Part shown: in pieces, positions 25,901-37,900 of the stretch
Numbering within the stretch: the stretch's first letter is position 1
Layout of the letters: every line of letters begins with the position of its first letter
Notes under the pieces: generated by a model
Told to the model about the DNA's origin: nothing
What the model saw: the letters and a program-made list of their open reading frames with translations, nothing else
Database searches by the model: none
Position numbers and translations under genes: made by a program
Assembly (NCBI GenBank): GCA_950097015.1
Contig: CATNEN010000008.1
Location: 3,348,001-3,412,000, forward strand
Source: Macrostomum hystrix
Taxonomy: Eukaryota > Animalia > Platyhelminthes
Direction of reading: 5' to 3'
Length of the DNA: 64,000 nucleotides

Positions 25901-28900
25901 TCTACTAGTTATCCCAGGTTCAAACTGCGATGAAATTATTGGCGATAGGAAATAATATTGATCGGGGATAATTTTTAGATAGACGGGACAGTGATAGCTG
26001 GGCGGATGTTAGCTGGCTCTGTGATCGTAGATGATCTGCGAACCCCAAGATCGCGCCGTCAATTAAGTGGAAGTGTCTCTCCTTTAATTGATTTGCTTTT
26101 GTTTCTGTGCGATGTTTATCTCCAGCTGGCCCCTGTGGCGGTAAGTATGCGAATGCAGATTCTTTTAATGCTAGCTGTGCTCCCGTGTTCAATAGAAGGC
26201 ATTGCAAATATTAATTGGCTAAAGTTTCGTGGGTTGAAATCGGTTGAGGCAGTTATGGGATCTGATTGGGAATGAAGGAAAGTGATGGGAGTTGTTGGGA
26301 AGTGATGGGAGTTGTTGGGAAGTGATGGGAGTTGTTGGGAAGTGATGGGAATTGTTGGGAAGTGATGGGAATTGTTGGGAAGTGATGGGAATTGTTGGGA
26401 AGTGATGGGAATTGTTGGGAAGTGATTGGAAGTGTTGGGAAGTGATTGGAAGTGTTGGAAGTGATTGGAAGTGTTGGGAAGTGATTGGAAGCGTTGTGAT
26501 GTGATTGGAAGTGTTTGGAAGTGATTGGAAGTGTTGGAAGTGATTGGAAGTGTTGGGAAGTGATTGGAAGTGTTGGGAAGTGATTGGAAGTGTTGGGAAG
26601 TGATTGGAAGTGTTGGGAAGTGATTGGAAGTGTTGGGAAGTGATTGGAAGTGTTGTAATCACTAATGGAAGTTGATAAATGAGAGACAAATAATATTCTA
26701 GTCGTTGTTAAATCCACTGCTTGTAATCCTCACAAGCTCCTCTATGCTTCTTAATTCACTGTAAGATTGTACCAATCTTCCTCTCCCAGAGTTCTGACTG
26801 AGTGCATGCATAAGATTCTTGAGTCAATGTTCCAATCAGTCGACCAAAGCCTATAGGATCATTTAGTAAATTACTATACGATTTTCAAATCTTTCAAGCC
26901 CGCTTTATCGCAATTATACACAATGAGTATGTTGGAAGGATTCTTAAATAGCAAAGCTCACCGCCAGCTTCTTCTGTAAGCGAGCGGTGCTAATGTGATA
27001 ATGAGAAGGTAGGCACGCAGGTATAAGGTAATATCAAAGATTCCTTGGCTCTTTGTACCCAGCTGTTTCTTAGAATACTTAGAAGACTTCACCTGTATAA
27101 AGACGTATACGACAAAGACTATAGAGTGAGGCCTCGCTCGAATGAGTAGCAATCACTTGAGCCAAGCCATTCATTTTCTTACGGAATCTGCAAGCCTTCC
27201 AATACTTTGTTTCAGAATTCTTGTTACTCTGAAATTGGAAATACTTTGATCTGGACTAGTCAGCCGTGAAATTGTTTTATGAAATGTTACTACTAATTGT
27301 CAACAGCTAGCATCTAATATAACTAAAGAACTTGGAGTCGGCCCAGGATTTGGTTGCCGGGGGGCTTAGATAAAATTTACTGGTCTTGAGTAGAAGAGCC
27401 ATAGACAAGTCTCCAAACCGCAGTAAATTTTAAATGCAGCCGCGGAGACAAGGCTTGGCGAGGCGATGAGAAAGTCAGGGCAGACTGGCAGAGCCAGTCT
27501 GTTGCTGTGTCAGCCACATCCGTCTTCTTTATTGAAAAGAGCAAGCAGGAAGACACAAAGAAAGGAAATGAAGTACCAATGTCAGTTTGAAGCACATGCT
27601 CCATAAGTTATCTTTCCTCGAGTAGACCCCTTAAATCTCAGTCATCCAGAGCCATGACCCCTTAAATCTCAGTCATCCAGAGCCATGACCCCATAAATCT
27701 CAGTCATCCAGAGCCATGACCCCATAAATCTCAGTCATCCAGAGCCATGACCCCTTAAATCTCAGTCATCCAGAGCCATGACCTCCTCAAAACTCAGTCA
27801 TCCAGAGCCATGACCCCTTAAATCTCAGTCATCCAGAGCCATGACCTCCTCAAAACTCAGTCATCCAGAGCCATGACCTCCTCAAAACTCAGTCATCCAG
27901 AGCCATGACCTCCTCAAAACTCAGTCATCCAGAGCCATGACCTCCTCAAAACTCAGTCATCCAGAGCAATGACCTTCTCAAAACTCAGTCATCCAGAGCA
28001 ATGACCTCCTCAAAACTCAGTCATCCAGAGCCATGACCCCTTAAATCTCAGTCATCCAGAGCCATGACCCCTTAAATCTCAGTCATCCAGAGCCATGACC
28101 CCTTAAATCTCAGTCATCCAGAGCCATGACCCCTTAAATCTCAGTCATCCAGAGCCATGACCCCTTAAATCTCAGTCATCCAGAGCCATGACCTCCTCCA
28201 AACTCAGTCATCCAGAGCAATGACCTCCTCAAAACTCAGTCATCCAGAGCCATGACCTCTTCCCAAACCGATCTCATCCCAGCAGCTGGTCTCAACCTGA
28301 GCGTGAGTCTGTCGCCGGTGTCGGTGCAGCCAGGAGGCTGTGCTCAGATCAGCTGTCACTTCAGTCCGGTGGTGAGCTACATTTTCTGGCGATTCACGCC
28401 CGACGGTGGCCGCAGCTGGTCCAGGCTGGGACTCTGCCACCTGGAGTCGGGAAAGTGCACGCTGCAGGACTCGGCTCACAGCTCGTTGCGTCTCAGCACC
28501 AACGGCAGCCTGACCATCATGAACGTCACCGGGAGCAGCGACGGCTGCTACGAGTGCGAGGGGATCTGGAATACCGACTCGGCGAAGGGCAACACCAGCC
28601 TCACGGTGACCAGTGAGTACTATACTCGTGTTGTCCAGTGAGTACTATACTCGTGTTGTCCAGTGAGTACTATACTCGTGTTGTCCTGTGAGTACTATAC
28701 TCGTGTTGTCCTGTGAGTACTATACTCGTGTTGTCCTGTAAGTACTATACTCGTGTTGTCCTGTGAGTACTATACTCGTGTTGTCCTGTGAGTACTATAC
28801 TCGTGTTGTCCTGTGAGTACTATACTCGTGTTATCCAGTGAGTACTATACTTGTGTTGTCCAGTGAGTACTATACTCGTGTTGTCCTGTGAGTACTATAC

Positions 28901-31900
28901 TCGTGTTGTCCTGTGAGTACTATACTCGTGTTGTCCTGTGAGTACTATACTCGTGTTGTCCTGTGAGTACTATACTCGTGTTGTCCTGTGAGTACTATAC
29001 TCGTGTTATCCAGTGAGTACTATACTCGTGTTGTCCAGTGAGTACTATACTCGTGTTGTCCTGTGAGTACTATACTCGTGTTGTCCTGTGAGTACTATAC
29101 TCGTGTTGTCCTGTGAGTACTATACTCGTGTTGTCCTGTGAGTACTATACTCGTGTTGTCACCAGGGCCCCGGTGGGAAGGACCAAGTGGGAAGAGAAAG
29201 AAATCAAGTTTCAGGAATGTTTTAGGGACGGATTTGAGAGGCCAGTGATGCTAGAACGCAGAGATGGTAATCATGTCAGGTGATATAATACGAGTATGAT
29301 AGGGACGGAGAAGTGATAAGGATGCCGAGATGATAAACATGTATGGATGATAAGGATGTGGGGATGACAAGGATGTGAGAATGATAAGGAAGTAGGATGA
29401 TAAGGATGTAGGATGATAAGAATGTGGGGGAGATAAGGATGTGCGATTATAAGGAGGCAGGTATGATAAGAATGTGGAGAAGATAAGGATGTGGGATTAT
29501 AAAAACTCAGCGATGATTAAGATATTCAAACAGAAGGTAGAATGATTTATTGTTGAAACAATCTTTACAAGACGCAGTAATTTCAGGAAATTCAGAAGAC
29601 GGAAGGCTGTGAAAAGTGAATACCAGGTGTTGGTATCAGTGGCTTAGTAACTGCGCTCAAGATCACGCGGCAGTAAATCATGCGGTTCATGCTCTCCAGT
29701 GAAGTGTTGCCCAAGCCCTGGCTGTTGACTGTCACAGCCCACTCATCAACAGCGGGCGGTGCTCCTTGACTGCACTGGCGCATCCAAAATCCCCAAAATT
29801 GAGAAGCGAAAATCCCTCGTTGCTACCCAGTTGAGTATGCAGCCTTGACTTCCCATGGAAAAGGCAGCCACTTATCAGCTACCCTTACTCTGAGCATAGA
29901 CTCACTGCCCAGTTGAGAGAAGACAGAAAAAAATATATAGAGTAAAAAAGTGACAATTGTGCGTGACAATTCAACTTTCTCTATTTATCCAGGCTAAGCG
30001 GGGAGATCCACTTCAGAGAGGTAATAATAATAGTTAATAATAATAGGGGGTTATGTGGCACCTCTGCAAACTGGGAAGGTTTTGCAGGCCTCAAAATCGT
30101 CTTATCTATTGTTCACCTCTAACCCTACGCAATTAGACTGCCAATGGTGTGTCAGTGTGATATCTGTGCTGCCAATTGAAGAGAATATTTACTCCGACCA
30201 AGTCGATCCGGTGTTTAAAAAAGTCCTGAGCAAACTCAAAGCAATGCCAAGTCCAGTGTGTGAGCGCGTGGCGCAACTCAAAATCACCTGTCAAACCCCG
30301 GCTTCATCGGGTGATGTCAATTGTCTGTCTCGCACGCTTGTTGCACCGGTGAATCAACAGTACCCTCATATAGGGGCTATTGTTGACTTTTTCATTTCTG
30401 GACCGCATTCAATTGTTTCAATAAGAGACTCGGGATCTTTCCCTCACAACCTTCACAATGGATTGGGAGATCCAGGATTTCATCTTACCGACTTTTTTCA
30501 TACTACTTTTGCTCATGAAATACCAAATTAGCACATGCAGTTACCCAATGAGCACAATCTACTCCCCTAATGACCCCAAACTACTCCCCTAATGACCCCA
30601 ATCTATTCCCCTAATGACCCCAAACTACTCCCCTAATGACCCCAAACTACTCCCCTAATGACCCCAATCTATTCCCCTAATGACCCCAATCTACTCCCCT
30701 AATGATCCCCAATCCACTCCTCTAATGACCCCAATCCACTCCTCTAATGACCCCAATCCACTCCTCTAATGACCCCAATCTACTCCCCTAATGACCCCAA
30801 TCTACTCTCGTAATGACCACAATCTACTCCACTATGACAAAAATCTACTCACCTAATCGACTCTCTTTGGAAGTCAATCGTTCTCAATGATTCTAATCTA
30901 AAACCAAGAAACCCAATTTCACCTATCGACTTCTCAATAAGTGTCCCAAACACTACTGGCAACTCCCCATGGTAACCAATTCACTCGCCGAACAAAACCC
31001 GCAGCCCCGCCGGGACCGCCCACTGTGTGGGGTCCGCCTGACGCCGCAGTTGAAGGTGATCGAGTTCGGTTCAGCTGCTCCAGCGCTGGTGGAAACCCTC
31101 CACCCCGGCTCACCTGGCAGCGCCGCAGACTCGGCCAAATGACATTCGAACCTCTGACCTCCTCGGCTTCTATTGAAGTGAAACGCCTGCCCGCGGAGCG
31201 GAAGTTCGGGGTGGAGAGCAGCGAGTTGTCTATGGCCGTGACCGCTGAGGATCACCTGGCTTTGCTGGAGTGCCGGGCCGAGCATCAGCTGGCGAATTTG
31301 TCCAGCGAACGACTCGTCATCCGCGTGCTGTGTGAGTGGCATCGGTGCGGGACATTGGGCGCTGATAGCGGGATACGCTTTTGCGAGCTAGAAAAAATAT
31401 GTTTCCTAGAAAGAATCGGGTTTTCTTGGAAGATTCGGGTTTTCTAGGAAGATTCGGGTTTTCTAGGAAGATTCGGATTTTCTTGGAAGATTTGGGTTTT
31501 CTAGGAAGATTCGGGTTTTCTAGGAAGATTCGGGTTTTCTAGGAAGATTCGGGTTTTCTAGGAAGATTCGGGTTTTTTAGAAAGATTCGGGTTTTTGGAA
31601 GCTCCGGCTCTTCTGTTTAGTCTATTCAAAGTGGTCGCTAGTCTAAGGAAAGCAATAACTCTGGCCATCACCTGCCATCACAGACGCACCTCGCGTGAGA
31701 TGGTCGCAGCCGGTGGACGCAGTGACGGTGGGCGGCAGCGCGTGGCTCAACTGCTCCGCCGATGCGAATCCGCCAGCCAGAGTTTCGCTGTGGAAAGATG
31801 GTGCGGCTGTGTCAGGTGAGCGCTACTGACTACTGCTGGCCTAGGGCGAGTAGGCTAGTGAGAAATGTTCCTTTAGATTTACGAAGTCTAGAAAATACAG

Positions 31901-34851
31901 TTTGTTAGGCGATAGCCAACCTGTACTACTCAAAAAGTATGAACGACTAATCAAAAAGTATCCTCTCAATCAATATGAGTGACATAAATAGTGAGACTAG
32001 TTGCCCCGAAGGGTCCTGAAGAATGAAAATCCATATTCGTATTAATTTCCCTAAACTTCCGTGTTCAGCCCCAGGAGACTCGTCCGTGAGCCGCCGCATT
32101 CCGTTTGTGTCCCTAGACGACGCTGGAGTCTATCAGTGCCGGGCCACGAACTCGGCTGGCGCAGCAACCGCCAACTTCACCCTGGACGTGCAGCACCCGC
32201 CGCTGCTGTCGGCCCCGCCCAGCATTGTCGTCCGCGAGTTCGCGCCGCTTCGCGTCCCGTGCACCGTGCGCTCGAATCCTCCAGCGATTTGGGCTCGCTG
32301 GCGCCGTCAGGACCGTCCGGAGCCATCGCCAGCTCAGCTGGCTGAGGTGCCGACCAGCAGTAACGCCTACATGACGCTGCCGCCATCTCCGCGGCTGCTG
32401 TACCTTGAACTGGCCACAGTCGCTCGCTCCGACGCCGGTCGATGGATCTGCGAGGCTGGGAACAGCCTGGCAACCACGAACGCCATGACGATCGTCTCAG
32501 TCGAGTATCCGCCAGGAATGCCGGAGGTCTCCGCTCTGCCGGCCGCTGCCGTGTCGCCAACATCCTTGGTTAGCGCCTTGGCTGGCGAGAACCTGACGCT
32601 GATTTGTTCACCGAATCGTCTGAGTCCGGGCTACCCACCACCCAGCTTCATCTGGACTCGCCTGTCCCCATCAGCTCAGTCGGCTGCGGAGTCAGCTGAA
32701 GGCCCAGTCCTCCGCCTGATCAACGCCAGCATGTCGGACACCGGGCGGTATCGCTGCCGCGCTGTCAACAACGTCGGGCATTCGTCTCCGGCGACGCTGC
32801 AGATTAGCGTCGAGTCGTTGCCAGCTTGGCAGGACGGCGACGCGACTACGGTAAAGGCGAGGGCAGGTCGGACTGATTTTCAATTGGTTTGCGCTTTCTC
32901 CTCGAGGCCGAGGGCAAAGATCAGTTGGAGTCGAGTCGAAGAAGAAGGCGGCGTCGGTGGACTAACTGAGGCCGCGGCCAGGTTCAGCGTGGTTGAAATC
33001 GCCGACGACACCGAGTCGTGAGTTCTGATTGGTGCTGGCGAAGGGATGGACTGTCTGATTGTCCTGATTGGACGGACTGCGAAGTATTCCTGATTGGATT
33101 GGCTATGGCTCTTGATTGGTGGGCTGCGGGTTTCTAGTGATTGGATAGGCTGCTTGGGGTTTTTCTGATTGGATGGGGTATCCTTATTGGCTGAAGGTGG
33201 ATGTTGGTCCTTATTGGATTAGCTGATGGGGTTCAGGTAGGCAGTTTAGGCTATACGATGATTGGATGTGTCGCATGCTGAAGTTTATAAGAATCTGAGC
33301 ATCAGCAGTACCTAAAATGGAGCTTTAAACTAAATTCTTAAAACTAAACTGACGTATCAGCCGATGCGCCCACTTCAGCTACACAACAAAGAGTCGGCTG
33401 ATCTTTGTCGGCAGCCGACGGACTGAGTTGGAGCCCGAAGACGCCGGTCTGTACCGTTGTCGAGCTGAGAACAGCCGCGGAGCGGTTGAGCACATAATCA
33501 GGCTGGTTGTTGAGTGTAAGTTGAGAGCATCGATTAATAGATTTGCAACTATTTCAAACCACCTACGCTGAAAATATTTAAAAACTTCTATCCACGTCTA
33601 CCAAAATTAAATCACTAACCGCAACCCACCCCAGACGCCCCAATAATCGAGCCGAGCCCGAGTCTAGTGGCCCTCGACGGTCAGGCCTCGCTGGAGTGCT
33701 CGGTGCTGGCCGAGCCCAGTCCCGTGGTCACCTGGGAGTTCGCCAATGGCAGCCACGTCGGCCTGACACTGCCGGACGCCCGTCAGCCAGGCCGGGTTCG
33801 CAGCACTCTGCACGGAGCTCGAACTGTCGGCCTCTACGTATGCCTAGCGCGCAATCGTTTGGGCGAGGCACGACGAGAATACCGACTGGTGCCGTCGGGT
33901 CCACCCGCTGCGCCAGAGAACCTGCGCATCGTCTCTGTCGGCTGGGACCGACTGGAGCTGCTCTGGCAGCCAGGATTCGACGGCGGACATTCGGCCACGC
34001 CCATTGTTGACTGCCAATTGACGGAATTGACTAAGTGGACGACGCTGCAGGCGCAGGGGACGGTGACGACAGCTAGGTGAGTCCAAAGTAATTGTGCTCG
34101 CTTTTAAATGGAACTGCACCTTAGCGGGTTTGGTACCTGTAAGACAAGGGAATCGGTACACATCTACCTTTGTGTACCTAAACATTGGGGGGGTCATCAA
34201 GCGACCGAATCCAAATAAAACCAATCCATCGCCACAAAGGGCATCCGCGACTCAATCCGCGGCGAACGTCACCGGCCTGCGGCCTGACACGGCCTACTCA
34301 TGCTCGGTGCGCTCCGCCAACCGTCTGGGCCGCGGTCCAGCAGCCACCGTGGTGTCCGCCATCACAAAGTCTCTGCCTGTGCCGCCGCCGCGAGCGATTC
34401 GCTGGCTATCGCCAACAAAGTCAGACTCGAGTGCTCAGAAGACTCAGACTCAGAAGAAGGACTCGAAGAAGCATTCTGAGTCAGCTTCGTCGGCAGAAGC
34501 TGTCGAGCTAGCCTACGAAGCGCCGAAAGGTCTTTGTCTGCGAGTGGAGATTGAAAAAGCAAAAACTCAGAGCGAGGCCACCAGTTCTACTCGTAAAAAT
34601 GTAGAACTCACTGTTGGAGCCTGGACGCTTCACCGCCTGTGCGAGCCATCAGAGCTCGGCAGGGTGGCGGGACTGGACTCGAGCCGGCGGTACAGACTGG
34701 CCCTCTGCCTGCCGGACCGGCCCGACCTGTGCGGACCGGCCGTTGTCTCCGCGGCTGCTACTGATAGTAGTGAGTTAGAAACTTTTTAATTATATTTTAG
34801 ATCTGAAACAGTCGCAAAAATATGGAAAAAGAAAGAGCAGGAGGACACTTA

Positions 34852-34918
<67 letters not shown>

Positions 34919-34919
34919 C

Positions 34920-34958
<39 letters not shown>

Positions 34959-37900
34959 CGCAAGTAATAGACTGGCTTTCAGTGATTGGCCTACGGATTG
35001 ACGCAGTCTGATGGATTTTTGCTGTCAACAAGTTTTGGCGCAAAAGTGCATGGTGCTATGCCGTCTAATCGGATATGGAGATCGGATATAGATCAGGAAA
35101 AGATCATCCAGATCATGAAGCAACGGTGGCCAAGCTCGGTGCAGAGTGGAGTGGGGAGGCTGGGTAGCGAGCGAGTTTGATCGGCAATCGAATCTCGGCT
35201 CCGATAGCTCGAGCTAATATCCAACTCATCACTATATACGCTACTCACTGTGCCACGACTGCCCAGAGCTTGCTGTCTCCGCATCAGCAAATTCCTCGCG
35301 CACGCAAATAAATTCACTGTTGCTGCTGCCCTGTGGCGAAATCTGATCAACTATAGGAAATCACCAAATCACCAGGAGTCAGCGGCTTCTCCTACACTTT
35401 ATGAAGAGGCGATTCCACAAGACGATCTCCAATCCCCTCAATGATTTCGCCCTCCACATTTTTAGCCAATAACAGTGAAGCTTCACAGATTTACTGGGAT
35501 ATATCCGAGCGTATATATAAGCACTCGCTTTCCTGTAAAGAACACCCAGTCCGATAAGTCATTGCATTTCCTGCAACTCTTAATAATGGATCAGAGTACT
35601 GAAGCATCTGTCGCCAATGGGACGACTAGTGAATTAATAAAAGAATACAACCTATGGATAAACGGTCTGAAAATTATGCTTCGAGAAATAAGTAAGGACT
35701 GCATGCGTATTCTGACAGCAGTGAGGAGTGACAGCAGTGAGGAGTGACAGCAGTGAGGAGTGACAGCAGTGAGGAGTGACAGCTGTGAGGAGTGACAGCA
35801 GTGAGGAGTGACAGCAGTGAGGAGTGACAACAGTGAGGAGTGACAGCAGTGAGGTGTGACAGCAGTGAGGAGTGACAGCAGTGAGGAGTGACAACAGTGA
35901 GGAGTGACAGCAGTGAGGTGTGACAGCAGTGAGGAGTGACAGCAGTGAGGAGTGACAACAGTGAGGAGTGACAGCAGTGAGGTGTGATAGCAGTGAGGAG
36001 TGACAACAGTGAGGAGTGACAGCAGTGAGGTGTGATAGCAGTGAGGAGTGACAGCAGTGAGGAGTGACAGCAGTGTGGTGTGACAGCAGTGAGGAGTGAC
36101 AGCAGTGAGCAGTGACAGCAGTGAGCAGTGACAGCAGTGAGCAGTGATAGCAGTGACGAGTGACAGCAGTGAGCAGTGACAGCAGTGAGCAGTGACAGCA
36201 GTGACGAGTGACAGCAGTGAGGAGTGACAGCAGTGAGGAGTGACAGCAGTGAGGAGTGATAGCAGTGAGCAGTGACAGCAGTGAGCAGTGACAGCAGTGA
36301 GCAGTGACAGCAGTGACGAGTGACAGCAGTGAGGAGTGACAGCAGTGAGCAGTGACAGCAGTGAGGAGTGACAGCAGTGAGGAGTGATAGCAGTGAGCAG
36401 TGACAGCAGTGAGCAGTGACAGCAGTGAGGAGTGACAGCAGTGAGGAGTGACAGCAGTGAGCAGTGACAGCAGTGAGGAGTGACAGCAGTGAGGAGTGAC
36501 AGCAGTGAGGAGTGACAGCAGTGAGGAGTGATAGAGTGTTGGATCTATGAATAACTCAGATTTAAAACGAACTCGCAATACTTTGTAGCCGAAACCCCAA
36601 CAGCCTTGCAATCCTTAGCACCGATGTACTTTTGCAGTTTCGAATCTTCCTCAAGTCAACGGTCCGACGATAATAGCCGTGGCGTCCATCTGTACCGGAC
36701 TGATAGTTTTGTTAATCTGCGTACTGACTTTTTTCTGCTGTCGGCGAAGACGGGGTGGCGGCGAGTCGTGCGACTACGTCGGCGATATAGATGAGCACGG
36801 GAATGACCGGTCGAGACGGAAGGGCTCTCGACATCGGCGTAAGAGCAAACTGCCGCAGTCTCCGAGGCCGCCCCTGTCGCCACTGTCGACCCATTCGCCG
36901 ATGCCATCACCTGGAAATGACGATCTGTGGGTGGCTGCATGATTTAGTGATTTTTTGTTTAATTAACTGCTTTTAAAAAGGGCGGATGAACTGACAATAG
37001 GAAAGGGATAATGGTAAGGGGAAAGAGAGCGACGAGGGGAAGGGAGTGACAAGGAAAATGATGTGACAAAGGAAGGGTAGATAGCTCGTAGCAGGTTTGG
37101 AAATGAAAAGAAGAAAGCGATTGACAAGCGATAAGGGAAATGCCAGGAAATAAGCAAAATGAGAAGCAATTTTATTGTACTTTTTTGACAAAAATATTCA
37201 GAGAGAAGGGACAGTTTCCCAGAGAAAAACGAGAAGGTTGTTTCATTGCACATTTCCCGAAGGTGTCATCACAGCGCAGAGGCCGGGATGACGTCAACCT
37301 ACAAATGCTACGGCGCCAGTCTGAAGCCCTACGCCATGGTGTCGCCGCATCCCAGCCTGTCTGGCACGGACGAGAGCTCGGTGCAGGCTGACCTAAATGG
37401 CAAAGTTTTCGCAACCCTGCTCAGCGCCAACTATGCTGCACCGCCACAGGCCGACTGCAAGACCAGTGAGATAAAGCTTATTCACTTTGACAATTTACTA
37501 GTATAAGTTTTAGATAATTGAAGACACACTTCATGATTTTGTACTTTCTGATCCTTTAAATCAACTCTTAGTCATGGCTTTCTTCCACCAAATAATTTAG
37601 AGTGCCATCTCGTAAAGCGTTTTCCTCCACAAGTCCATTTGCTGGATTGGCTTGACGCTTTCTTCGACAAATCAGTGCAATCCACCAATTAATATGATTT
37701 ATTAGTACCATTGCTAATTATGCTACAGTCTGACAGTGACAGGAGATGGGCCGCCTGTAAAAGCGTTGGCAAAAAACGAAAATGTCAGTCCCATTCCTTC
37801 AGCGCCGACAGATTTCACAGCCGCGATCATTAATACCAATCAAGCAAGCAGATACGGGTCACTTATAGCAGCTTAAACGGACTTCTCGTTAAATTTAGAC

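Noticed and set aside
25991-26275. ORF containing MRMQILLMLAVLPCSIEG as the signal peptide of the Ig gene
   Set aside because: It lies downstream of a consensus donor (26141) and has no GT donor of its own; exon 19942-20038 fits better.
34970-35710. Possible LINE endonuclease remnant (GVG...ITIYAT) or extra exon with a GTAAG donor near 35690
   Set aside because: No GDFN motif, and no phase-compatible acceptor for the host gene.
496-36611. Long ORFs over repeats (e.g. 3414-4454, 11266-12462, 15046-15579, 18448-19488, 20606-21379, 35652-36611)
   Set aside because: They are translations of stop-free tandem repeats, open in several frames and on both strands, with no splice or domain support.
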